NCBI GenBank assembly: GCA_035501555.1 | Contig: DATJWA010000027.1 | Location: 256,156-320,155, forward strand | Source of the DNA: Thermoplasmata archaeon | Lineage (GTDB): Archaea > Thermoplasmatota > Thermoplasmata > Lutacidiplasmatales > UBA184 | Length of the DNA stretch: 64,000 nt | Reading direction: 5' to 3' | Part shown: one piece after another, positions 19,201 through 29,646 of the stretch | Layout: the number at the start of each line of letters is the position of its first letter | Numbering within the stretch: the first letter of the stretch is position 1 | Notes under the pieces: model-generated | Seen by the model: only the letters and a program-made list of their open reading frames with translations | Database searches by the model: none | What the model was told of the DNA's origin: nothing | Position numbers and translations under genes: made by a program

Positions 19201-19336
19201 TTCGGCACCCCCCTCCTCCGGGCCGCGCTGTTCGCGCGAGGAGTGTCGGGTCGGGGGTGCGCGAGCGGAACCGATCGGCCCGTGGCTTCACCGCTCGGGG
19301 GGTTACAAGTAGGTCCGTCGACTTCGGCCCCGAGCC

Positions 19337-20443
19337 ATGGCCAAGGCTCCCTCGAAGCTGCAGCGCGACGCCGCGCGCAATATCGTGACCAAGTACCTCA
19401 AGGTCCGCGCGGGGGAAAACGCGATCATCGAGTCGTGGGACCACACGGTGCCGATGGCCTCGGCGATGGTCGATGAGGTCCGCCGGGTGGGCGGCAAGGT
19501 CCTCTTCGTCTACGGCGACGAGGACGCGTGGTGGCGCGCGATCGACCGCAAGCAGAGCAAGCTCCTCGGCGAGTCGAGCGCGCCAGAGTGGGCGGCGCTG
19601 AAAGCCGCGGAGGTGTACGTGAATTTCTGGGGTCCGGGCGACAGCTACCGACTCGAGAAGTTTCCCGACAGCGCCAACGACGCCTTCGACTGGAACTGGC
19701 CCTGGTACGCCATCGCCCGCAGGGCGGGGCTCCGCGGCGTGCGCATGACCACCGGCTTCGTGACGGAGATACGGGCCCGGCAATGGGGCCTGGACCGCGC
19801 GCACTGGGAGGAAGGCGTGCTGCGGGCATCTCTGGTCGATCCGGAGGAGATCGCGCGACGCGGGGCGCGCCTCAGCAAGGCGCTCTCTCGCGGGAAGAAG
19901 GTGCGGATCACCCATTCGAACGGAACGGACCTGGAAGTCGCCCTGGCCGGGGTGGCTCCTCGCCTCTTCGACGGGAGACCCCACCCGTGGGGCAAGGGAG
20001 ACCCCCCCTCCGGCATGCTGCAGCAGGTCCCCGCCGGAACCCTGGACGTGGCCCTCGACTCCAAGACCGCGGAGGGGAGCTTCCACACGAACCGCCGGAC
20101 CAACATCTGGTGGAACTGGCACGCGGGGGGAGCCCTCGAGTTCTCCGAGGGCAAGCTGACCTCGTACTCCCTCGAGGAGGGAGCGGAGGAGTTTGCCCGT
20201 CAGTACGAGAGCGGCACGGCGGGCAGGGACCGTACCAGCGTTCTCAAGCTCGGGCTGAACCCGGCCGTGCGGGACGTCCCCAACTTGGAGACCGTCGAGA
20301 GGGGCAGCGTTTCCCTGCAGATCGGGGGAAACCGGTATCTCAAGGGGGCTAACCGATCGAATTTCTTCAGCTGGTTCACTCTCGCCGGCTCCGAGGTCGC
20401 GATCGACGGGACTCCGGTCATCCGCGCCGGGAAGCTCCTCTGA
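19337..20443 (+). CDS. Aminopeptidase-like protein (M29/thermophilic metalloprotease-like family, tentative).
   Basis: 368-aa ORF with clean codon usage. ITHSNGTDLEV…GRPHPWGKGD…FHTNRR pattern. Product assignment is tentative. Confidence 0.65.
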   Translation: MAKAPSKLQRDAARNIVTKYLKVRAGENAIIESWDHTVPMASAMVDEVRRVGGKVLFVYGDEDAWWRAIDRKQSKLLGESSAPEWAALKAAEVYVNFWGPGDSYRLEKFPDSANDAFDWNWPWYAIARRAGLRGVRMTTGFVTEIRARQWGLDRAHWEEGVLRASLVDPEEIARRGARLSKALSRGKKVRITHSNGTDLEVALAGVAPRLFDGRPHPWGKGDPPSGMLQQVPAGTLDVALDSKTAEGSFHTNRRTNIWWNWHAGGALEFSEGKLTSYSLEEGAEEFARQYESGTAGRDRTSVLKLGLNPAVRDVPNLETVERGSVSLQIGGNRYLKGANRSNFFSWFTLAGSEVAIDGTPVIRAGKLL

Positions 20444-20746
20444 GCAACGATGCCACGTGCGGGTTGGACTCGCCGACGCCGCTCAAGGTCGCGAAGGTAG
20501 ACCGAGCGGCATTCCCGGGGCCGGGTTGCCGGACCTTGGACCATGGATCGAAGTGCACCCGCCCTCGACGACCCTCGGCGTCGCGTCCAGCGACTCAACG
20601 CTCCGCGACCCCGCAGCGGGTCCGGCCACGAGGCGCCACGCCGGAGCGAGTCGTGCGGCCGATGCGTGGGGGTTCGGCCCCTCGCGGGTGTTCCACGACC
20701 TCTCCGTACGACTTTAAGGCCGAAGTCGATGAGACCTCGGGAACCC

Positions 20747-21136
20747 ATGAGCGGCGAGGTCGGACACTTCGAGCTACCCGCGGACAACACCGAACGAGCC
20801 CGCAAATTCTACGCGGCGGCATTTGGTTGGAAAATGACCCAGGCTCCCGGGATGGACTACACGATGGTCCGCACCGGGCCGGCCGACGAGAAGGGCATGC
20901 CGACCGCGCCGGGGTACGTTGGAGGTGGGATCGTCCCGCGGGGTGGGAATGTGACCCACCCGGTCCTGACGATCGTCGTGGAGGAGATCACGGACGCCGA
21001 GAAGCGGATCGAGAAGAACGGCGGAAAGATCCTCCTCCGAAAGCAGCCGATCGGCGACGGCAGCATGGGGTACATGGGGTACTTCCGGGACAGCGAAGGG
21101 AACGTGATCGGCGTCTACCAAGCACCGAGGCCCTGA
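20747..21136 (+). CDS. VOC/glyoxalase family protein.
   Basis: Internal ATG 20747 (MSGEVGHFELPADN…FYAAAFGW…). beta-alpha-beta-beta-beta VOC pattern. Confidence 0.8.
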   Translation: MSGEVGHFELPADNTERARKFYAAAFGWKMTQAPGMDYTMVRTGPADEKGMPTAPGYVGGGIVPRGGNVTHPVLTIVVEEITDAEKRIEKNGGKILLRKQPIGDGSMGYMGYFRDSEGNVIGVYQAPRP

Positions 21137-21279
21137 GCGCCCGCTCCCTCCGCGCTAGCCGTCGACTCCGCCGGCCGGCCGACCGACCGGATCTCGTGCA
21201 GCTGGGCCGGTTCGCTCGCCCTGCCTCCGGTGTCGTCGTTTAAGTCTCCGCCCCGTCTGACCCGGGTGAGGGTGCCGGG

Positions 21280-21747
21280 ATGCCGGTCGCATCGCTTCGG
21301 TACACGTTCCGCCAGCCGTTCCGCGCTCCCGCGAAGGCCGCGTACGAGTGGTGCACGGATTTCGGTCCCAGCGATGGCGGATTCTTCGAACCGAAGTGGC
21401 GCCGGGTGGTCCAGCGGCTCTCGGACGACGCCTTGATCCTGAGGGATACGACCTACCCGGCGGGAAAGCGGCGTGTGATCGAGCGACTGGTGCGCCTGAA
21501 CCCTACGGACCTCGCCTGGACCAACACCCACATCTCCGGTCCGTTCCGGCACTCGCAGTACTGGTACCGCATCGTGGCCGACGGACCTCGACGCTCCCAT
21601 CTCGAGTTTCTCGGGATGCGACTGCTCCGGACCCCGAAGGCCCTCCGTAGCTCCGAGGTCGCCCGCCTCGCCGAAGAGGAGCGCCGGGTCGACTCGAGAC
21701 TCTGGCGGCAACGGCTCGCGCCGGCCCTCGAACGCGACCTAGCGTGA
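21280..21747 (+). CDS. SRPBCC-like hypothetical protein.
   Basis: 155-aa ORF with a TATA-like TTTAAG ~40 nt upstream. Confidence 0.5.
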   Translation: MPVASLRYTFRQPFRAPAKAAYEWCTDFGPSDGGFFEPKWRRVVQRLSDDALILRDTTYPAGKRRVIERLVRLNPTDLAWTNTHISGPFRHSQYWYRIVADGPRRSHLEFLGMRLLRTPKALRSSEVARLAEEERRVDSRLWRQRLAPALERDLA

Positions 21748-21787
21748 AGGTCGCACCCGAAGCGGCGGGCCGGCCGGACCGACCCTC

Positions 21788-22873
21788 CTACGAAGCGGCC
21801 ACGCGCGCGTCGGGCAGACGCCCGGTCGAAGCCGGTCGGGGTATCCCCAGAGCGCGGTCGGTGACCTCGATCGAGGTGGCGGCGTCGGGGGCGAGGTCGA
21901 GCATCGCCCGGATGGCGTCGATGGTCTCCGGGATCACGATCGACTCCTGGTGGATCGCCTGGAAAAAGTACAGGTTGTCCCGCACGAGGTGGATCCCGTG
22001 CTCCCACAGGACGTTCTCCATCACGTCCGGCCGGCCGTTGAGGGCGCGGTCCCGACCGTACTCCATGACTTGCGGGGTCCCCGTCACGCGGTCCCCCTCC
22101 TTGAAGAGGTGGAACCGGGGTGTGGCACGGAACCGGTCGATGACCCCCTGGGTCGACGCGGGGGGCCGCGAGAGACGCACGTGGTTGGAGTGGACGTGCA
22201 TCATCGTGGTCGAGACCGTCAACGCGGTGGTCGTGATCGAGAGCCCCGGGAAGACCGTTTGGACGTCCGGTCCTTGATGCGAGGGAACCTTGAACGACGG
22301 AAGGATGCCATCGATCGGCCCCTTGCCGACCTCCTGCGGGTCCGCGGCACGACGGACCAAGGTCGCCTCCCAGTGGTCGACCCCGAAGGCGGGGAGCAGC
22401 ACGGCGGCGGCTCGGCAGATCGCCGTGGTGTTGCACGAGACGACGCGCACCTGCTTCTTCCCGCGGGCGGCGTCGTAGTTCGCGAGCGCCGAGAAGGAGA
22501 GGCTCGCCACGTCGGCCTTCTCCCCGCCCTGGAAGACGGAAGGGATCCCCGCGTCCTGGTAGATCTTGGCGTTCACCCGGCCGGTGCTTTCCGGCGAGCA
22601 GTCGACGATGATGTCCGAGGCTCGGATCAGGTCCTCGATCCGGCCGGCGACATTCAACCCCTCACCCTCGAACTGGTCGACCGTCCCGTTCCCCGTGACG
22701 AACACCGGGTAGCCCTTGGCCCGCGCGGTCCGAATCTCATAGTTCGGTCGGATATCCGCGACTCCGGCCAGTTTCATGTCCGGCTGCCGGGCGACAGCAT
22801 CGGCCACGCGCTTCCCGATCGTCCCGTAGCCATTCACACCCACACGAGCGGTCATTTTCCCTGCTTCCTTCAC
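21788..22873 (-). CDS. gap: Glyceraldehyde-3-phosphate dehydrogenase, archaeal type II.
   Basis: VNGYGTIGKRVADA…SCNTT…, 361 aa. An archaeal hallmark. Confidence 0.9.
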   Translation of the reverse strand: MKEAGKMTARVGVNGYGTIGKRVADAVARQPDMKLAGVADIRPNYEIRTARAKGYPVFVTGNGTVDQFEGEGLNVAGRIEDLIRASDIIVDCSPESTGRVNAKIYQDAGIPSVFQGGEKADVASLSFSALANYDAARGKKQVRVVSCNTTAICRAAAVLLPAFGVDHWEATLVRRAADPQEVGKGPIDGILPSFKVPSHQGPDVQTVFPGLSITTTALTVSTTMMHVHSNHVRLSRPPASTQGVIDRFRATPRFHLFKEGDRVTGTPQVMEYGRDRALNGRPDVMENVLWEHGIHLVRDNLYFFQAIHQESIVIPETIDAIRAMLDLAPDAATSIEVTDRALGIPRPASTGRLPDARVAAS

Positions 22874-23138
22874 CGTAGAAGGTGTGCCGAGTGTGATAAG
22901 GTCACCATAGGGCCGGATTGACTTCGCCCCCGGTTCGATCGGCCGAGCGGAGCGAAAGGGGGGATTTCATCGAGGAAGCGATCCCCCTTCCCGCCCGCTC
23001 GAGCCGAGCTCGGATTCCCGACACGATAAAGTACGGTCGGACCGGTCCCCCTCGTGGTCCCCGCCGCCCGGCGGCCCCGTCCGCGGCGCCCCCGACTCGC
23101 GGCGGGTACGGCCGGCCGTTCAGCGGGGACAGGGAACT

Positions 23139-24920
23139 ATGGCACGCGCCTCTCGGACTCGGGAGAGGGCCGCGTCGGCGCCCGCGCGCGGGCGGCGAAC
23201 CGCTCCGGAGGGCTCCCGGCCGCGGGCGATTCAGCCCTTCCTTCACCGGACCCACACGGCGTACTTCTCGATGGAGCTGGCGGTCCGACCCGAGATGCAC
23301 ACCTATTGCGGGGGACTCGGACTTCTGGCGGGCGACACGGCCCGAGAGTGCGCAGACCTCGAGCTACCCGTGGTCTTCGTGACGATGCTGAGCCGGCTAG
23401 GGTACCTTCGACAGGAGATCGGTCCGAGCGGGGAGCAGCTCGAGCTTCCGGACCGGTGGGACCCGAAGAGGTGGTGCCTGCCGCTCCCGACCAGGGTCGC
23501 GGTGGAGGTCGAGGGAAGGTCCGTCGTGGTTCGATCCTGGCTGACCGTCCTCACGGGCTCGCAGGGATTCCGGGTGCCGGTGCTCCTGCTCGACACCGAC
23601 CTGAGCGAGAACTCCGAGGCGGACCGGAAACTCACCGACGCCCTCTACGGGGGGGACGTGACCTACCAGCTCAAGCAGGAGATCGTCCTCGGGCTCGGCG
23701 GGCTGAGGGTACTTCGGGCCCTGGGCTTCGACCTGCGGACGTACCACATGAACGAGGGCCACGCCGCCCTCCTGACGCTCGACCTCCTCCGCGACGCAGT
23801 GAGGGGTCCCCGGAAGTCGACCGCTGGGCGTGCGCTCTCCCCGGTGGAAGAGATCCGCCGGCGGTGTGTGTTCACGACGCACACGCCGGTCAAGGCGGGA
23901 CACCACCAGTACGGCTACTCCCTCTTCGAGCAGTTGCTCCCGGGGGAGGTCGACCCCACCACGCTGAGGAGTCTAGCGGGGGCCTCCCGCCTCAACCTGA
24001 CCCTGCTCGGCATGAACCTCTCCGGCTACATCAACGGGGTATCCCGACAACATGCCGACACCGCGCGCCAGATGTTCCCCCGTCACCGCATCCACGCGGT
24101 GACGAACGGCGTCCACCTGGGCACGTGGACGCACCGCTCGTTCGCGCGGCTGTACGACCGGAGAATCCCGAGGTGGCGGGAGGAGCCTGAGCTCCTCGTT
24201 CGGGCGCACCAGCTGGTGGAGCGGGAGGTGTGGGATTGCCACCAGGTCGCCAAGCGAGAGCTCCTCCAGCGTGTCCGCCGAGCGACCGACGTGTCGCTCG
24301 AGCCGGGGGCCATGACGATTGGATTCGCGCGACGGATGACCGCCTACAAGCGCCCCCTCCTGCTCTTCGAGGAGCCCGATCGGCTGGCCCTCTTGGCTTC
24401 CCGGCGGCGCTTTCAGGTGCTCCTCGCCGGGAAGGCTCACCCTCACGACAAGGCGGGCCGGGAGGCCGTGCAGCGGCTCCACGAGCTCGCGCGCAAGCTG
24501 GACGGACGGCTCTCCTGCGTGTTCCTGGCCAACTACGACATGGAGTGGGCGAAAGCCCTCGTGGCGGGGTGCGACGTCTGGCTCAACACTCCCATGCCCC
24601 CGATGGAGGCCTCCGGGACCAGCGGCATCAAGGCGGCCCTCAACGGGGGGCTCAACCTGAGCATCCTGGACGGGTGGTGGGCCGAGGGGTGTGTCGAGGG
24701 GGTCAACGGATGGTCCATCCCCCACTCGAAGGGGACCCACACCGATCGACGGGACGCCGCGTCGCTCTACGACCGACTGGAGAACGTCGTCCTGCCGTGC
24801 TTCTACGACGAGCCCCTACGCTGGCGCGTGATGATGAAGCAGGCCATCGGCCACATGGGTTCGTACTTCAACACCCGGCGGATGCTGCACCAGTACGCCA
24901 CCGAGGCCTACCTCCACTGA
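23139..24920 (+). CDS. glgP: Alpha-glucan phosphorylase (short GT35 'GlgP-like' type).
   Basis: AYFSMELAV…YCGGLGLLAGD…, and the motif HTPV…NGVHLGTW. Start may lie slightly downstream of 23139. Confidence 0.85.
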   Translation: MARASRTRERAASAPARGRRTAPEGSRPRAIQPFLHRTHTAYFSMELAVRPEMHTYCGGLGLLAGDTARECADLELPVVFVTMLSRLGYLRQEIGPSGEQLELPDRWDPKRWCLPLPTRVAVEVEGRSVVVRSWLTVLTGSQGFRVPVLLLDTDLSENSEADRKLTDALYGGDVTYQLKQEIVLGLGGLRVLRALGFDLRTYHMNEGHAALLTLDLLRDAVRGPRKSTAGRALSPVEEIRRRCVFTTHTPVKAGHHQYGYSLFEQLLPGEVDPTTLRSLAGASRLNLTLLGMNLSGYINGVSRQHADTARQMFPRHRIHAVTNGVHLGTWTHRSFARLYDRRIPRWREEPELLVRAHQLVEREVWDCHQVAKRELLQRVRRATDVSLEPGAMTIGFARRMTAYKRPLLLFEEPDRLALLASRRRFQVLLAGKAHPHDKAGREAVQRLHELARKLDGRLSCVFLANYDMEWAKALVAGCDVWLNTPMPPMEASGTSGIKAALNGGLNLSILDGWWAEGCVEGVNGWSIPHSKGTHTDRRDAASLYDRLENVVLPCFYDEPLRWRVMMKQAIGHMGSYFNTRRMLHQYATEAYLH

Positions 24921-25228
24921 GCCGGGCCCACTGTCAGAGCACGGGCACGACGGGTGGGGGCGCAAGGTCGGCGACGTCGGAAGGCCTGTAGGCCGCGGGA
25001 GTGGTGTCTCGTTGCGGCCTTTTCTCGTACCAGCGTCAGGGCGTCACCCCTCCCGGAGATCCCACCAACGCCTCGACCCGGGCGGGATCCTATCGCCGGC
25101 GTGGGGGGAGGTGCGGCTACCGGTGGGCGACCCGTTCGCCGGGCTCCGAACGAAGGACGGCGTGAGGTAGTCGCGGAGACCATCCTACTTTCGTTCCCCA
25201 ACTGAACTATATCCCGCGCTGTCGATGC

Positions 25229-25699
25229 ATGGCACCGAAGCGGAACCCGATGTCTCCTCCAACCAGCCGAGCCGTGAGCCACCAGTACTTCATCCGAGCG
25301 TCGCCCGAGAAGGTCTTCGCCGCCATCACCGAACCGCAGTGGCTGGTCAAGTGGCTCGCCGACCACGCCGAGATCTCTCCTCGGGCGGGAGGCAGCTGCA
25401 CGCTGGGGTGGAAGGACGGGCCGACGCACACCGGGACGATCATCGAATTCGTCCCGGGAAGGAGCATCACGTTCGCCTGGGAGTGGCCCGGCGTCGACCT
25501 GCGCGGGACGGAGTTCAAGCTCTCCGTCGAGGCGAAGGAGGACGGGACCCTCCTCGCCGTCGAGCACACCGGGTTTCCGAAGCTGGCCAAGTGGGTGGAC
25601 CTGTACGGGGGGGCCGAGTGGGGCTGGACCTACTTCGCCGTGAACCTCAAGTCGGTCCTGGAGCAAGGGCACGACCTCCGCTCGAGGTACGACGGGTGA
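25229..25699 (+). CDS. SRPBCC/AHSA1 (Aha1-like) domain protein.
   Basis: IRASPEKVFAAITEPQWLVKW…KLSVEAKEDGTLLAVEHTGF. Confidence 0.8.
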   Translation: MAPKRNPMSPPTSRAVSHQYFIRASPEKVFAAITEPQWLVKWLADHAEISPRAGGSCTLGWKDGPTHTGTIIEFVPGRSITFAWEWPGVDLRGTEFKLSVEAKEDGTLLAVEHTGFPKLAKWVDLYGGAEWGWTYFAVNLKSVLEQGHDLRSRYDG

Positions 25700-25860
25700 C
25701 AGCGGGGTCAGGGGAGGACCGACGCGGGACTCCCGGAATGGCCCGAGTCCCGCGGCCGGCCATACCGGCCCCGACCAGCGGTCCAAGCCATCTCCGCGGG
25801 CTCGCGGGAGGATTCGGCGACGCGCACGGTTAAGTAGCGCGTTGCGCCCGAGGGTGGCAC

Positions 25861-26301
25861 ATGCCGGCCAAACGCGACACCGGGGGGTTCTCGGCCGAAG
25901 AACGCGCCGCGATGCGGGCGCGCGCCCAGGAGCTGAGGGCGCGTCCGAAGGCGGTCGAGACCGAGGGGGAGGCCCCCGTGCTCGCCGCGATCACGAAGAT
26001 GCCAGAACCGTACCGTTCCATGGGGAGGCGACTCCACGCGATCATCACCGCCAATGCCCCGACCCTCTCGCCTAGAACCTGGTACGGGATGCCCGCCTAT
26101 TCCGGCGGAGGCGAGGTCGTCTGCTTCTTCCGCGGAGGGGAGAAGTTCAAGGAGAGATACATGACGCTCGGCTTCAACGATGCAGCAAAGCTCGACGAGG
26201 GTCATATGTGGCCCGTCGTGTTCGCGCTGACGGGGATCACCGAGGCCGACGAAGCAAGGATCGCCGCGCTGGTGAAGCGGGCGATAGGGGAGCGAAGTTG
26301 A
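25861..26301 (+). CDS. DUF1801/YdhG-like protein.
   Basis: 146-aa ORF: …[14 protein letters not shown]…[13 protein letters not shown]…. Confidence 0.6.
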   Translation: MPAKRDTGGFSAEERAAMRARAQELRARPKAVETEGEAPVLAAITKMPEPYRSMGRRLHAIITANAPTLSPRTWYGMPAYSGGGEVVCFFRGGEKFKERYMTLGFNDAAKLDEGHMWPVVFALTGITEADEARIAALVKRAIGERS

Positions 26302-26395
26302 CGCCCAGTGTGCGAGGGCCCCGCCCCCGACGACCCCTGCCTGGTTCTTGCCCAGGGAGGAGCTTGATCCCTCCCCGACCGATCCAGGGGTGGCG

Positions 26396-26995
26396 ATGAG
26401 GGGCTCCCGCAATGCCCATCCCGTGGACTACTCCGGCACGGTGATACGACGGGTCGACTGGTCGAAGGAGCTACCGGTCGTCCGTCGACTCTTCCGTGAC
26501 TACCGAGATTGGCTGGCGGAGCACGCAGGCGCGTCGACCGGGTCGACCTCGGCCGTTCCCGTCGGACTCGCTGGGTTGGACCAAGACATTGCGGGCCTGC
26601 CCGGGGTGTTCGGCCCTCCAGCCGGTGACGTCGTTCTCGCCTTCAAGGGCTCGGACCTCGTGGCCTGCGGGGCGGTCCGGGAGCTGGAGCCTCACGTGGG
26701 GGAGATCAAGCGGATCTACGTGCGGGCCGACCACCGCGGACCGGTCTTCGGACCTCGGTTCGCCGACGCGTGCCGCCAGCGGGCGCGCGAGCTCGGCCAC
26801 GACCGAGTTCGAGTCGACGCCTTGCCGACGATGGCGTCCGCGATCCAGTTCTACCAGGAAATAGGGTTCAAACCGATCCCGGCGTACTGGGCTCATCCGG
26901 TCCCCGGGGCGCTCTTCTTCGAGTGGACCGCGGGGGACCGTGCAGCGCCCGACCGTGCCTCGAGACGTGCGAGGCCCCGCCGCGCCGGCCGCTAA
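26396..26995 (+). CDS. GNAT family N-acetyltransferase.
   Basis: Internal ATG 26396. Acetyl-CoA binding-like segment VRADHRGPVFGPRF…LG…. Confidence 0.7.
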   Translation: MRGSRNAHPVDYSGTVIRRVDWSKELPVVRRLFRDYRDWLAEHAGASTGSTSAVPVGLAGLDQDIAGLPGVFGPPAGDVVLAFKGSDLVACGAVRELEPHVGEIKRIYVRADHRGPVFGPRFADACRQRARELGHDRVRVDALPTMASAIQFYQEIGFKPIPAYWAHPVPGALFFEWTAGDRAAPDRASRRARPRRAGR

Positions 26996-27046
26996 CCCCA
27001 GACGGACTGTTGGTACGAACCTCGTCGTGGTCTCGTCCACAGCGAC

Positions 27047-27463
27047 TCACGCCTTGTGTTCCCCCTTTCGGCGTTCGGCCCACCGCCGATCGCGCTCGGC
27101 CAACCACTCGAAGTTCCCTGCGTAGTCGGGTCCCAGTTCTCGACGGTCTTGTTCGATCGTGGGTCGCAGAAAGTCCCAGGGAGCGCGAGTCAGCCAGCGC
27201 TCGTGGACGAGCTCCTCGTTCAACACTCCCAGCTTGACCAAGGTGCCCAACGTTTCGAACAGTTCGATGAACCGCTGGACATGCTCGTACTCGGGAGAGT
27301 CGTGGGGGAAGCGGACCGGAGGTGCCCCCACTACCCCGAGATGATTCTTCCGGAACCAGTCGAGCGCAGCCCTCGTCTCCGGCCTCGCGGCCAGGTCGTC
27401 GATTCGAAGAAGGATGTCGGCGTCTTCCCAGGTGGGCTTCCGCGGCATGGTCGCAGGGGACAT
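27047..27463 (-). CDS. Hypothetical protein.
   Basis: C-terminal 138 aa of ORF 27047..27805 look protein-like (MSPATMPRKPTWEDADILLRIDDLAARPETRAALDWF…). The upstream part of the ORF is junk. Confidence 0.45.
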   Translation of the reverse strand: MSPATMPRKPTWEDADILLRIDDLAARPETRAALDWFRKNHLGVVGAPPVRFPHDSPEYEHVQRFIELFETLGTLVKLGVLNEELVHERWLTRAPWDFLRPTIEQDRRELGPDYAGNFEWLAERDRRWAERRKGEHKA

Positions 27464-27659
27464 CTGCAGGTCTATTGGACCTTGGGGGGGAGGCCGCACC
27501 ACACCCCCCCATCCAATCCCGGCCCACCGAAGGGCCAGGGCAGCGGCCCTCCCGACCGGGAGCGCGCTCCAGAGAACACACAACCGAGCGTGCGAACGCT
27601 CCTTGGGCGAGTCCACGCGCTGAACCTTCGTAGCGGTACATAACCCAACGGGCTCCTCG

Positions 27660-28460
27660 GTGAAACTTGCGGGTGGGGACCATGTCGACATTGAAGAGTC
27701 CCGCGGAGTTGTCGTGACGACCGGAGCGGCCGTGGTACCTGCGAGTGAGGACGACGGCGACCGGCGAGCCCGGTCCACGGAGCGGGGGTCCGAGAACGCG
27801 GTCACCTCGGGCGTCGCGCTTCTGAGCCACGCCGCGGACCGGGCGTTGACGTTCCAGAGCTACTTGATCCGTCGTGCGTGGGGAGTCTACTACGCGATCT
27901 GGGCCGCGGCGCTGGTGACTTTCTTCGTATTCCCCGCTCTCGTCGCCGAAGCCTACCCCTCGTTGTCGTTCCTCGGAGAGATCACCTACTACGCGCTCAT
28001 CCTCGCGGTCCTCGGCCTCGCGACGTGGGCGACCTCCTGGTCGTTCGGCCAGACCTTCCGCGCCCTGAATTTTCGTAGAGCTGTCCACCGGGAAGGCCCC
28101 CACCACTGGCACTTCTACCTCTTCCTCACGATTGGACTGGCAACCTTCGTCGCCATCCTCGCGGTTGCCTACCTGAGCTCCTTTGCCGGGCTGTTGGCCC
28201 TCGATGCTGCTCTTGCGGTCATCAACATCTGGATCCTCGTCGCGGTACGGGACACGTTCGCGCGGGTCCCGCCGGAGGGTTCCATCGCGGTGGGCACGTA
28301 CGCCGTGAGCGTCGTGGGCTCCGCGACCGCGCTCGTCCTCACGCACAGTCAGAGCTGGTTCGGTGCCTTCTGGGTCGTGGCGATCATCGGGTGGTCGTTC
28401 AGCGCGGTCTACGCCCTCTACCATGCACCCGAGGAGATGACCCTTGAGTCCGACTTCTGA
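27660..28460 (+). CDS. Polytopic membrane protein (hypothetical), first gene of an ABC module.
   Basis: Multiple TM helices. Start uncertain: GTG 27660 or TTG 27846 (MTFQSYLIRRAW…). Confidence 0.55.
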   Translation: MKLAGGDHVDIEESRGVVVTTGAAVVPASEDDGDRRARSTERGSENAVTSGVALLSHAADRALTFQSYLIRRAWGVYYAIWAAALVTFFVFPALVAEAYPSLSFLGEITYYALILAVLGLATWATSWSFGQTFRALNFRRAVHREGPHHWHFYLFLTIGLATFVAILAVAYLSSFAGLLALDAALAVINIWILVAVRDTFARVPPEGSIAVGTYAVSVVGSATALVLTHSQSWFGAFWVVAIIGWSFSAVYALYHAPEEMTLESDF

Positions 28461-28833
28461 GGGGGAGTCGTCCATCCGGGGCGACCTCAAGGTCCTCGGA
28501 GACTTTCTGCGCCAAGAGCCCCTGAAGAACTCGGTGAGGGTGCTGATTCTGATGTCGTTGGGCATGAATCGGCATCTCGGATTCACCGACCTGCTCGAAC
28601 TCACCAGCGTCTCGAAAGGGAGTCTCAGCCATCACCTGGACCAATTGGCGGCGGCCGGGTATGTCCGCTCGCGAATGGTCTTCACCCTAGCGGGTCCGCG
28701 CCTGCGTGTGGAGATCACGGCTCAGGGTCTCGAGGTCTTCGAGCGCCTCACTCAATCCCTCTCCCAGGTCGCCTCGCACGATGGCGGCGAACGGGAGTCA
28801 GCAGGTTCAGCGACTGAACCTTCGTCGCGATAG
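28444..28833 (+). CDS. Winged-helix transcriptional regulator (ArsR/PadR-like).
   Basis: VRVLILMSLGMNRHLGFTDLLELTSVSKGSLSHHLDQLAAAGYV. TTG start overlapping the stop of the upstream membrane gene. Confidence 0.6.
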   Translation: MSPTSEGESSIRGDLKVLGDFLRQEPLKNSVRVLILMSLGMNRHLGFTDLLELTSVSKGSLSHHLDQLAAAGYVRSRMVFTLAGPRLRVEITAQGLEVFERLTQSLSQVASHDGGERESAGSATEPSSR

Positions 28834-28860
28834 ATACCGCGGGACGTCCATCGGGTCTTC

Positions 28861-29646
28861 GTGCTACGGGTCGAGCGCCTGTCGGTGCAGTTTGCCGAGA
28901 CGAAGTCCCCCGCTCTTCGAGGGGTCGACCTCACGCTGCAGAACGAGAAGATGGTCGTAGTCGGCGCCAACGGGAGCGGGAAGACGACACTGCTCCGGGC
29001 GATCCTTGGGTTCGTCCGAGCCCAGTCCGGACGGGTGAGCGTATTCGGCGAGGAAGTTCCCTCGATCCGCGGCATGGCGGGGGTCACGACGAACCTTCCG
29101 GAGGTGTACCGGCTGATCTCCCTGCCCGTTCGGGACCTGGTCGCGCTCTACGCGCGAATCAAGGGCGCCGCGGAGACCGAGTTGCTCGAGCGCCTCCACG
29201 AGTTCGAGCTGGACGAGACCCTCGGAAGGAAGAGCTACCAGCTCTCGACCGGCCAGCAGAAGATGCTCGGCAACCTGTTCTCCGTATGCTTCGCACCGAA
29301 GCTAGTCCTTCTGGACGAGCCGTTCGACAACGTTGACTTCACTCGGCGGCGTCGCTTCGTGCGCCTCCTGCGCGAGCTACCAGCCGAGATCCTGCTCAAC
29401 ACGCATGAGCTCGACCTCCTCCCTCAGTTCATCGGTTGGCGTCTGGCGTTCATGTTCGACGGCCAGTTGTTCGGGCCGTTCGGAGTTGAGGACCTCGACC
29501 GACTGTATCTCTCGAGGGGAAGGGTTCCCGGGGCCGTCTCGGTCCTCGAGACCAGCCTCGGGGAGTTCTCGATCACTCTGGACGGCGGTGACCGCCCGAT
29601 CAAGAGCGCCACCAGCATGAGTTCGCTCGTGGAGGCCCTCGCATGA
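28861..29646 (+). CDS. ABC transporter ATP-binding protein.
   Basis: GTG start. Walker A GANGSGKTT, signature LSTGQQK, Walker B LVLLDEPF. Confidence 0.8.
   Translation: MLRVERLSVQFAETKSPALRGVDLTLQNEKMVVVGANGSGKTTLLRAILGFVRAQSGRVSVFGEEVPSIRGMAGVTTNLPEVYRLISLPVRDLVALYARIKGAAETELLERLHEFELDETLGRKSYQLSTGQQKMLGNLFSVCFAPKLVLLDEPFDNVDFTRRRRFVRLLRELPAEILLNTHELDLLPQFIGWRLAFMFDGQLFGPFGVEDLDRLYLSRGRVPGAVSVLETSLGEFSITLDGGDRPIKSATSMSSLVEALA

Noticed and set aside
26868-28604. 578-aa minus ORF across the GNAT/hypothetical/membrane-protein region.
   Set aside because: Arg-rich and low complexity. It overlaps three better-supported plus and minus genes.
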